Below are positions 25,802 through 33,553 of a DNA stretch of 54,475 nt, in pieces; position 1 is the stretch's first letter, and every line of letters starts with the position of its first letter. Source of the stretch: an uncultured Planctomycetia bacterium (GTDB taxonomy: Bacteria; Omnitrophota; Gorgyraeia; 1-14-0-20-64-10); NCBI GenBank assembly GCA_964373805.1, contig CAYJWF010000009.1, forward strand, positions 1 through 54,475. The letters run 5' to 3'. The translations under genes and the position numbers were made by a program. The notes beneath the pieces were generated by a model. The model was not told the DNA's origin, made no database searches, and saw nothing but the letters and a program-made list of their open reading frames with translations.

Positions 25802-26198
25802 GTGAACAGTTCCCCTCGTTTAAGTTCTTTCCACAATGAGGACACAACCCCCGACAATCCTCCCGGCAGAGAAACCTCACCGGGTAACTGAGCAGGATCT
25901 CCTGTCGGATGTCGTCGGTCACGTCCAGAACCCATTGGTCCTTAACGGAATAGTCCAGATCGAACCGGCTGTCGAATCCCTCTGGGTACACTTGGAGACA
26001 CCGCCCGCAGGTCATCTGGAGATTTCCAAAAGTTTCCACATGAACCCAAACGGTTTCCCGTTCCTTATGGAACGTCGCCGTGACCTCCACGGGGGCTTTA
26101 AACTCCATCTCGGAGGTTTGAAGCTCCATCTGGACCGGATCGAACCGCTCCGTCAAGGTGAGCCCCTCTTCGGGGATCTCATTTAACTTCACCTTCAC
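25788..26198 (-). CDS. DUF177/YceD family protein
   Basis: CGRCL, LCREDCRGLCPHCGKNLN; directly upstream of rpmF. Confidence 0.92.
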   Translation of the reverse strand: MKVKLNEIPEEGLTLTERFDPVQMELQTSEMEFKAPVEVTATFHKERETVWVHVETFGNLQMTCGRCLQVYPEGFDSRFDLDYSVKDQWVLDVTDDIRQEILLSYPVRFLCREDCRGLCPHCGKNLNEGNCSHGSS

Positions 26199-26685
26199 CC
26201 AGTTTCTCCTTTAAGCATTTAAAGACGAAATCGGGAACCAACCCCCGAACGTCTGCTCCGAGGCTCACCGTTTCCTTGATCAAGCGGGAGGACAGGTACG
26301 AATATTCCGCCGAAGGCATGAGAAACGCCGTCTCGATCGTTGGGTTAAGCTTCCGATTGGTCAGCGCCATCTGAAACTCGTACTCAAAATCGGAGAGCAT
26401 CCTCAAGCCCCGGATAATCATCCGAGCCCTTTCAGCCCGAGCGAACTCCACCACCAGGCTGTCGAACGGCTTGACCTCAACCTTCGGCCATCGGCGGGTC
26501 GCCACCCTTAACATCCGAACCCTCTCCTCCACGGAAAAGAGGACCTCCTTATCGGGACGAACGGCCACCCCGACGACGATCCGTTCAAAGAGACTCAAGG
26601 CCCGTCGAATGAGGTCCAGGTGGCCGTTGGTGACCGGGTCGAAGCTGCCCGGATAGACGGCTAAGGTCGACTTTGCGGGTTTCAA
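26179..26685 (-). CDS. coaD: Phosphopantetheine adenylyltransferase
   Basis: YPGSFDPVTNGH, RGLR..SDFEYE, LSSRLIKE. Confidence 0.97.
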   Translation of the reverse strand: MKPAKSTLAVYPGSFDPVTNGHLDLIRRALSLFERIVVGVAVRPDKEVLFSVEERVRMLRVATRRWPKVEVKPFDSLVVEFARAERARMIIRGLRMLSDFEYEFQMALTNRKLNPTIETAFLMPSAEYSYLSSRLIKETVSLGADVRGLVPDFVFKCLKEKLGEGEVK

Positions 26686-26740
26686 GTTCTTTTAGAGCTG
26701 TCTCTTAAATGACAAACAGTAGGAGGTTCTTTTAAGCCGC

Positions 26741-27319
26741 CTACTGTCTCTCATAGACCGTGAGCGCCGTATCCCCATAACGCCTTGAACTTTTAAGCCT
26801 AAGGCACGAATCTTTTCCTTCTATCTGTAGAGGAAGGGAATCCCGTTTGTCCGCTTCAGCGACGACGAGTCCAGCCGCGCCGACTATAGCATACTGGGTT
26901 AAGGCGTTCAAGGAGATTCTGGCCAACCCGCGGCTGTAGGGAGGATCGAGAAGCACTACGTCAAACGGAGCCTGCAATTCTCTGGCCAGCCGGCGGATGG
27001 CGGTCATGAAATCGGCCCGAAGAATAGTCGTGAGTCGTGGGTCTTGAGTCGTGAGGGAAAAACTGTCCAAGTTGGCTTGGATCGCTTGGATAGAGAAATG
27101 GGAGCGGTCCACAAAAGTCACATGGGCGGCCCCCCGGCTCAACGCCTCGATCCCTAAGGCGCCGGATCCGCTGAAGAGGTCCAGCACCCGAGCCCCAGAC
27201 ACCCGGGCTCCGATCAAGTTGAAGATCGCCTGCCGAACGTGATCCAGCGTCGTCCGGATCGCTGTCCCCTTCGGCACCCCAATCGGCCTACCCCGAAACT
27301 CCCCCCCCGTCACGCGCAC
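26741..27319 (-). CDS. rsmD: 16S rRNA m2G966 methyltransferase
   Basis: MRVTGGEFRGR, LDLFSGSGALGIEALSRGA, DPPY, YGDT. Confidence 0.94.
   Translation of the reverse strand: MRVTGGEFRGRPIGVPKGTAIRTTLDHVRQAIFNLIGARVSGARVLDLFSGSGALGIEALSRGAAHVTFVDRSHFSIQAIQANLDSFSLTTQDPRLTTILRADFMTAIRRLARELQAPFDVVLLDPPYSRGLARISLNALTQYAIVGAAGLVVAEADKRDSLPLQIEGKDSCLRLKSSRRYGDTALTVYERQ
26883..26911 (-). promoter_or_regulatory. Putative promoter inside rsmD, directed toward coaD
   Basis: TTGAAC (26906-26911)-17 bp-TATAGT (26883-26888) with extended TG. Confidence 0.5.
27026..27055. repeat. Heptamer repeat (RGTCKTG)x4 inside rsmD
   Basis: AGTCGTG AGTCGTG GGTCTTG AGTCGTG, encoding LTTQDPRLTT. Confidence 0.85.
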
Positions 27320-27349
27320 GGACAGAAGAAAAGAAAACCGGGAGAAAAA

Positions 27350-27802
27350 CTAAGGGTGAAAAGGATCCATGATCTCGAGCTGCCCTTCAAAGAACCGAAA
27401 ATCCTTTGTATCTTGGGTCATGAGCCTTTTGACACCATTTTCAATGAGTGTAAATGCATAGAAGGCATCGAAAAAGCGCCGACCTTGAATCTCATTTTTT
27501 GCACAGAATTCTATACATTTCCTGAAGGTACGCCGTTTAGGATAAAGCTTCTTGATTCGCCTCGCCCTGCTAAGAATCAAAACCCGTTCCTTCGCCTCTT
27601 CGACAGACAACGGATGCTCTAGCCTTCCGCTTGTCATCACCGCGAAATACTCCGCAAGTACCTGTTGGCTCAAACAGCCATGCAGAGTACCCTGCAATAT
27701 TTTCACGATGACTTCTCTTGCCTTCTCGTAATGATGGCCCGAAGGGTCCGTTGCGTGAACCAGAATGTTGGTATCCAAGCCAACCCATGCAGGATCGCTC
27801 AT
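27350..27802 (-). CDS. PIN-domain (VapC-like) toxin
   Basis: LDTNILVHA, QVLAEY, FFDAFYA, TQDTKDF acidic residues. Confidence 0.9.
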   Translation of the reverse strand: MSDPAWVGLDTNILVHATDPSGHHYEKAREVIVKILQGTLHGCLSQQVLAEYFAVMTSGRLEHPLSVEEAKERVLILSRARRIKKLYPKRRTFRKCIEFCAKNEIQGRRFFDAFYAFTLIENGVKRLMTQDTKDFRFFEGQLEIMDPFHP

Positions 27803-28068
27803 AGATAATCGTAAATCTTATCCCGAGATAAACTGCCCTTCACTCCAAGCGGATGATCGGCCACAAGGGGATTCAGGAACGTCTTCTTCTGCCTCTTTTC
27901 CCAGGGCTTATTTTCATGAATCCCCTTTTTCTGTTTCTCATACGTGGAGAGATCCCACACACTGATCCGATTCGTGCGTCCCAGCACAAGAACGACTTTC
28001 CGAACCTCGTTCAATCTGCTCAGGGCCTTTTCCGAAACTTTTCGCGGCCAACGCTCAATCAATTTCAT
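27799..28068 (-). CDS. Putative antitoxin of the PIN toxin
   Basis: 89 aa, ATGA-coupled to the PIN gene, C-terminal LSRDKIYD; own promoter upstream. Confidence 0.7.
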   Translation of the reverse strand: MKLIERWPRKVSEKALSRLNEVRKVVLVLGRTNRISVWDLSTYEKQKKGIHENKPWEKRQKKTFLNPLVADHPLGVKGSLSRDKIYDYL

Positions 28069-28132
28069 CTAAATTTCCCTCCAATTGACTTTCCAAATTA
28101 TCCAATGATTCAGTATGAACCCTACATAAGCA

Positions 28133-28161
28133 AATATACCACGGTTTAGCCTTTATGTCAA
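28133..28161 (-). promoter_or_regulatory. Putative sigma70 promoter of the TA pair
   Basis: TTGACA (28156-28161)-17 bp-TATATT (28133-28138). Confidence 0.65.
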
Positions 28162-28177
28162 TTGGCCTCATTTTAGC

Positions 28178-30394
28178 CTAAGTTACTTTTGAGCCAATTA
28201 GGGAAGGAAATCGAAGATAGACTTCTTTTCTTAACGGTGAGAGTTCGAAAGAAACCAAAACGGGATCTTGTGCAAGAAGCCTATCGGCCTCGGTGCGGGT
28301 GAGCTCCAGCCAGGGGCCTTGGGCAGCCCAGGCCAAGCACTTCAGATCCGGCAATCCGGCCTGTCGCTTGCCTAAAAGCTCCCCGGGCCCGCGCAGGCGG
28401 AGGTCCTCCTCAGCGATCTGAAAAGCATCGGAGAGCTCGACCAACTTCTGAAGGCGTTCGGCGCCGGAAGGAGCTTTGGGATCGGCCAAGCAGATGCAGG
28501 TTCCCTCCTGTTTTCCTCGGCCTACCCGACCCCGTAACTGGTGGAGCTGCGATAAGCCGAATCGGTCGGCCCCTTCAATCACCATGACCGTGGCGTTGGC
28601 TACATCCACCCCCACCTCCACGATCTGGGTCGCCACCAACAGCTGGATCTCGCCTTGTTTAAAAGCCGAGAAGATCCCTTTTTGTTCGGTTGGCCTCATC
28701 TTGCCGTGCAACAGGCCCACCCGATATCCCGAGAAGATTCGCTGGTATTCCTGAAAAAGTTGGGTAGCGGTGGCCATCGAGCCTGCCGACGAATAGAAAA
28801 GGTCTTCGGAAATTCCCGCTCCCGCGCCGATTCGGGGCGAGACCACGTACGCCTGCCGGCCGGCGTCCAGCTCTCTTTTCACGAAGGTGTGGACTTCTTC
28901 CCGCCGGGTGGAATCCATCCAAACGGTGCGGACCGGCTGCCGGCCGACCGGCCGCTCGGTGATGGTTGAGATCTCCAACTCTCCATAGAGGGTCATGGCC
29001 AAGGTTCTGGGAATGGGGGTGGCGGTCAAGATCAAAACATCGGGATTCAGACCCTTGCCCACGAGGAGGTTTCTCTGATCGACCCCAAACTTCTGTTGCT
29101 CATCGATCACCACCAGCCCCAACCGGGAAAATTGAACCCCCGGCTCGAGCAAAGCATGGGTTCCCACCGAGACCGAAATCTCCCCTTGGGACAGCTCCCG
29201 ACCGATTCGCTCTCGAGCCGACGCCTCCAAGGAACTGGTGAGAAGAGACACCGGGATATCCACCGAGGCCAACAGTTGGGACAAGGTCAGGGCATGTTGA
29301 CGGGCCAACACCTCGGTGGGAGCCATGACCGCTGCCTGAAAACCGCTTTGGACCGCCACCACGATCGCATATGCCGCCACCACCGTCTTGCCGGATCCCA
29401 CCTCGCCCTGGAGAAGCCGAAGCATCGGGCGGGAGGCCGCCAGGTCCTGGGCAATCTCCTGTATCGCCCTCTCCTGTCCCGGGGTCAAAACAAATGGAAG
29501 GCTCTCCTTCCATCGAGCGACCAGATCCCCCTCGGTCTGGTGAGAGATCCCGGCCCGCTCCCGAAGCGATCGGCGCCTTGAACTCAAGGCCAACTGGAAA
29601 CAGATGAGCTCATCAAAGGTAAGACGAGCCTGGGCCCCTGGGATCGCCTCCGGCACCGGAGGAAAGTGAATCCTCTTCAAGGCCGTGGCTAAGTCGAGAA
29701 GGCTGTGGCGTTCCCGAATCGCCGCGGGTAACGGATCCTCCAGGATGGGCAGGAGGGCCTTCAAGGCTTCGGCCACCGCGTTCCTTAACTCCCGTTGGTG
29801 AAGCCCCGAGGTGGCCGGATAGATCGGGACCATCCGTCCCATATGCAACGACCTCGGTGGGGTATCTGGCTCCGGCCGCCCGCCGGTGCCTGACACCGTT
29901 TCGGGGATCACCTCAAACTCCGGGACCAACATCTGAAACTTCCGCCCCACCCGTTCCACGGCTCCGAACAGGATGAGCTTCTCACCCACCGGGAACCAAC
30001 GGCGCATGTACGGCTGATTGAACCACATGGCGACGAGCGTGCCGGTTGAGTCGCGCACGACCACTTGAAGGATCACCGTTCCGGTTCGGGCCCGAAAGAC
30101 CGATGAACCCGCCACTTGCCCTCGAACCGTGGCCTTCTCTCCCGGAATCAGTTGGGCGATGGGCCGAAAGGTTCTTCGGTCTTCATGGCGGCGCGGCAAA
30201 TGATAGACCAAGTCCCGTAAGGTGGTAATCCCCATCCGTCGGAAAAAGGGGAACCGCTTGGGACCTACCCCTTTCAAGAACTGAACCGGCGTCTCCCAAG
30301 TTACCGTCGTGGGTCGTGAGGGATGAGTTGTGAGACTTTTCGGCTTGACGGTCTCTAATCGGTCACGTATGATAAGGTTCTGTTTTTCACTCAC
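28178..30394 (-). CDS. recG: ATP-dependent DNA helicase RecG
   Basis: LKGVGPKR, WFNQPY, QGEVGSGKT, TATPIPRTL, GLSQLHQLRGRVGRG, DLRLRGPGE; start uncertain. Confidence 0.95.
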   Translation of the reverse strand: MSEKQNLIIRDRLETVKPKSLTTHPSRPTTVTWETPVQFLKGVGPKRFPFFRRMGITTLRDLVYHLPRRHEDRRTFRPIAQLIPGEKATVRGQVAGSSVFRARTGTVILQVVVRDSTGTLVAMWFNQPYMRRWFPVGEKLILFGAVERVGRKFQMLVPEFEVIPETVSGTGGRPEPDTPPRSLHMGRMVPIYPATSGLHQRELRNAVAEALKALLPILEDPLPAAIRERHSLLDLATALKRIHFPPVPEAIPGAQARLTFDELICFQLALSSRRRSLRERAGISHQTEGDLVARWKESLPFVLTPGQERAIQEIAQDLAASRPMLRLLQGEVGSGKTVVAAYAIVVAVQSGFQAAVMAPTEVLARQHALTLSQLLASVDIPVSLLTSSLEASARERIGRELSQGEISVSVGTHALLEPGVQFSRLGLVVIDEQQKFGVDQRNLLVGKGLNPDVLILTATPIPRTLAMTLYGELEISTITERPVGRQPVRTVWMDSTRREEVHTFVKRELDAGRQAYVVSPRIGAGAGISEDLFYSSAGSMATATQLFQEYQRIFSGYRVGLLHGKMRPTEQKGIFSAFKQGEIQLLVATQIVEVGVDVANATVMVIEGADRFGLSQLHQLRGRVGRGKQEGTCICLADPKAPSGAERLQKLVELSDAFQIAEEDLRLRGPGELLGKRQAGLPDLKCLAWAAQGPWLELTRTEADRLLAQDPVLVSFELSPLRKEVYLRFPSLIGSKVT
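30345..30373 (+). promoter_or_regulatory. Sigma70 promoter for rpmB, overlapping the recG 5' region
   Basis: TTGACG (30345-30350)-17 bp-TATGAT (30368-30373). Confidence 0.7.
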
Positions 30395-30427
30395 GACTCA
30401 AGGCTCATCACTGACGACGGTACTCCA

Positions 30428-30670
30428 ATGGCCAAACGCTGTGTTTTCTGTGGAAAAAGTCCGGTGGCGGGGCGGACCTATGTCCGGAAAGGAAAACCGA
30501 AGAAGGAAGGCGGTGGGGGACGCCACATCGCGCGCAAGAACAAGCGCCGGTTCCTGCCTAACCTTCAACGAGCCCGCGTCCTTTTGAATGGGATCGTTAA
30601 AAGAATCCTCGTCTGTACCAAGTGCATCAAGAAAGGCCGCCTGGTTCGGCCTCATCTACTTCTTCAGTAA
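30428..30670 (+). CDS. rpmB: 50S ribosomal protein L28
   Basis: MAKRCVFCGK, KRRFLPNLQ, VCTKCIK. Confidence 0.95.
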   Translation: MAKRCVFCGKSPVAGRTYVRKGKPKKEGGGGRHIARKNKRRFLPNLQRARVLLNGIVKRILVCTKCIKKGRLVRPHLLLQ

Positions 30671-31822
30671 ATCGTCCAAAAGTCCTCCGATCAACCCTTC
30701 CGCCACATTCGTCGCCAAACGGGTTACCACGTACTGAAGATCCGGTAGAACCATGACCCTGGGCAGTGTTCCCTCCACGGTAGCCGGCAACTCCAGTTGG
30801 CCCTCCGCATTCGTCAAGGCGCGCAGCTCCTCCACACTCCGGATAAAAGCGGCGGACAGGGCGGTCTCCATCCGGAGGGTCACCCGACAGGAAAGTTTGC
30901 CGTCGAGTCCCAAACGACCGGCACCCACCAGCTCCAAAGAGTCGGTGGCCACGCGGAAGTCATCAAAGGAGAAGGTCCCGTTCTCCACCTTGAAGCCCAG
31001 ATCCATCGGCTCCAAGACCGTATCCTCGGCGGCCAATCTCTCCCGGTAGTTGGGGGGAAGCCGAGACTGAAGGATCTCGATTAAACCCGGCAGGATCGCG
31101 ATCGGCTGAAAGGCGGCCCGCAGAATGTTGAGGTGAACGATTCGGGCCTCGGTCAATCGGAGTCTTCCCTGACCGGTCAACGTCCGTTTCATCTCCTCGG
31201 GCGTTAAACCCGAAGCGGCCCCTTGGAAAGAGGCGAAGAACCTTCCCTGAAGATGAGGCTCACGGGGGTCGGGGTCGGGCAAGATGGACCCGAGATCTAA
31301 ATTCTCCACCGTGAACGAAAAGGTGGCCTCGGGACGACCCACCAGATGGTCCACCACCCCTTTGGCGGAAATCTTCCCCTCGGCGATCCGGGCAGAAAGC
31401 TGGGAGATCTCGATCCGATGATTCGAAACGAAACGATCGACGTCTACCTGAATCGAATCGATCGGACTTTTAAAGGTGTTGAGTCGGATTTCTTCCACCT
31501 TGAGCCGGAAGGAGGCAACGAGCTCAGACGGTTCCCACCGTCCTTTCAAAACCGATTGGATGAGAGGCTTCCAAGGAACCCAGAGGCTCATCCTCTTCGC
31601 CGAAAGCTCTGGATAAACGGACACCCCTTGGGCTTGAAAGGCGAGTCCTCCGGACCAACCCAGGGAAATCCGCTCGATCCCTACCGGCTTTCCGAGGGCC
31701 GAGGATAGGCACTCAACCACGACACCCCGATGGCGATCCAGATCGAAGGTGGCGATAAAAATGGTGAGCCCTAAGATCACCAATCCCAAAAGGATGCCAA
31801 CGACGATCAGGAATTTTTTCAT
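30656..31822 (-). CDS. AsmA-like membrane-anchored protein
   Basis: N-terminal TM followed by ALGKPVGIERISL; beta-rich repeats; LPATVEGTLPR-type C-terminus. Confidence 0.75.
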   Translation of the reverse strand: MKKFLIVVGILLGLVILGLTIFIATFDLDRHRGVVVECLSSALGKPVGIERISLGWSGGLAFQAQGVSVYPELSAKRMSLWVPWKPLIQSVLKGRWEPSELVASFRLKVEEIRLNTFKSPIDSIQVDVDRFVSNHRIEISQLSARIAEGKISAKGVVDHLVGRPEATFSFTVENLDLGSILPDPDPREPHLQGRFFASFQGAASGLTPEEMKRTLTGQGRLRLTEARIVHLNILRAAFQPIAILPGLIEILQSRLPPNYRERLAAEDTVLEPMDLGFKVENGTFSFDDFRVATDSLELVGAGRLGLDGKLSCRVTLRMETALSAAFIRSVEELRALTNAEGQLELPATVEGTLPRVMVLPDLQYVVTRLATNVAEGLIGGLLDDLLKK

Positions 31823-31831
31823 GGGATGGGC

Positions 31832-33553
31832 CTACCTCCGCTTAAACTGCTTCTCCAGATCGGAAACGGTCGTGGTGAAGAAGACCGGCCGACCGTGTGG
31901 ACAATGGAAAGGATTCTCACATCGGCTTAAGCCCTCCAAAAGGGCCCGAATCGCCGTGGGATGAAGGGGGTCGCCCGCCTTGACCGACCCTCTCTTACAG
32001 GCGCAAAGGGCCGCCAAGGCCCGGGGTTGATCCTCCAGGGCGGTATCCCCTTTCCCCTCCTCCAACTCGTCCAGGAAGGTCTTGATCAAGTCGGTGGCGT
32101 TCAGCTCTCCAAAGGCAGCAGGGATCGCGCGAACGATGAAGGTTCGCTCTCCAAATGGCTCGATCTCAAAGCCGACTCCGGACAAAAGCTTTAAAGCCCT
32201 TTCAAAGACCTCTCGCTGCCGGATGTCCAGTTCGAGGACCTCTTCCAAAAAGAGCCTCTGCCGTTCGGCCCGTCCCGATTTCAACGATTCCAGAAGCCGC
32301 TCGTACACGATCCGTTCGTGCGCGGCGTGTTGATCGATCACCATGAACCCTTCCTCTGTCTCTGCGATGAGAAAGGTTTGATGGACCTGCCCCAACACCT
32401 TGGTGATCGCCAAGGAATCCTTGACCGCGATCGGTTCAAAAATCGTTGTGGGCACCTCGTAAATAGCCTCGGGGGTGGCTCCCAGGGAATAAGGTTTCAC
32501 CGCCATGGCCGGCAATCCGGATGGAACTGGAGGAATCAGAAGGCGATCACTCAGATCTTGCCCTTTCGTCAGGCGCTCCCGAACCGTCTGTCGGATGAGC
32601 GCGGTCACCTCCGGTTCGTTGGAGATCCGCACCTCCTGTTTGGTGGGATGGACGTTGACGTCCACGCGGGAGCGATCCAATTCCAGGAACAGAACCGCCA
32701 CGGGGAATCGACCGTGCGCCAACCAATCTTGGGTGCCGGCCTGGACCGCGTAGGAAAAGGAGGGGGATCGAATCCACCGACCGTTCACGTAAAACAACAG
32801 GCCGCTCCGGTTGGAACGGGAGATGTTGGGTTTACCGATGAATCCGGTCAGCCGAATCCCGTCCCGCTCGGCTTTGAGCGGAAGCAACGCCTGTTCCTCT
32901 TTTTCTCCGAGGATCATTTGGACACGAGCCTTAAGATCCGTCACCGCCAACAGATCCAAGATCGGTTGGCCGGACGACTTCACCGTGAAACGGACTTGGG
33001 GGACTGATCCGGCCAATCGGTATACCCACTCCAAGGTATGGCCCAACTCCGTGGAGTCGGCTTTGAGGAACTTCCGACGGGCCGGCGTATTGAAAAAGAG
33101 ATCCCGCACCTCCACGATCGTTCCGTGGGCGCAAGGATGGTCCTGAACCCCCAAACGGTTCCCTCCCTCGACGACCACCTCGGTACCGGTTGTGGCTCTT
33201 AAAGCCCGGGTGATCAAACGGGTTCTCGAGACCGCCGCGATGCTGGGAAGCGCCTCTCCCCGGAACCCGAAGGAACCGATCCCATCGAGATCTTGAACGG
33301 TCGCGATCTTACTGGTGGCGTGCCGCTCAAAGGCGAGCCGCGCGTCCTCCGGGTCCATGCCGCAGCCGTTGTCCGAAACCCGGATCAAGCTCTTTCCCCC
33401 ATGTTCCAGGGCAAGCTCCAGGAAGGTGGCCCCGGCATCCAACGAGTTTTCCATCAGCTCTTTGGCTACCGAGGCTGTACGCTCGATCACCTCGCCGGCG
33501 GCGATCTTGTTGGCGATCGCCTCGGATAAAACACGGATAGCCCCCATCGTCAA
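31832..33553 (-). CDS. mutL: DNA mismatch repair protein MutL
   Basis: KIAAGEVIER, GFRGEAL, DVNVHPTK, endonuclease motif DQHAAHER, CPHGRP. Confidence 0.97.
   Translation of the reverse strand: MTMGAIRVLSEAIANKIAAGEVIERTASVAKELMENSLDAGATFLELALEHGGKSLIRVSDNGCGMDPEDARLAFERHATSKIATVQDLDGIGSFGFRGEALPSIAAVSRTRLITRALRATTGTEVVVEGGNRLGVQDHPCAHGTIVEVRDLFFNTPARRKFLKADSTELGHTLEWVYRLAGSVPQVRFTVKSSGQPILDLLAVTDLKARVQMILGEKEEQALLPLKAERDGIRLTGFIGKPNISRSNRSGLLFYVNGRWIRSPSFSYAVQAGTQDWLAHGRFPVAVLFLELDRSRVDVNVHPTKQEVRISNEPEVTALIRQTVRERLTKGQDLSDRLLIPPVPSGLPAMAVKPYSLGATPEAIYEVPTTIFEPIAVKDSLAITKVLGQVHQTFLIAETEEGFMVIDQHAAHERIVYERLLESLKSGRAERQRLFLEEVLELDIRQREVFERALKLLSGVGFEIEPFGERTFIVRAIPAAFGELNATDLIKTFLDELEEGKGDTALEDQPRALAALCACKRGSVKAGDPLHPTAIRALLEGLSRCENPFHCPHGRPVFFTTTVSDLEKQFKRR

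Noticed and set aside
30398..30655. 85-aa minus-strand ORF
   Set aside because: Antisense to rpmB.
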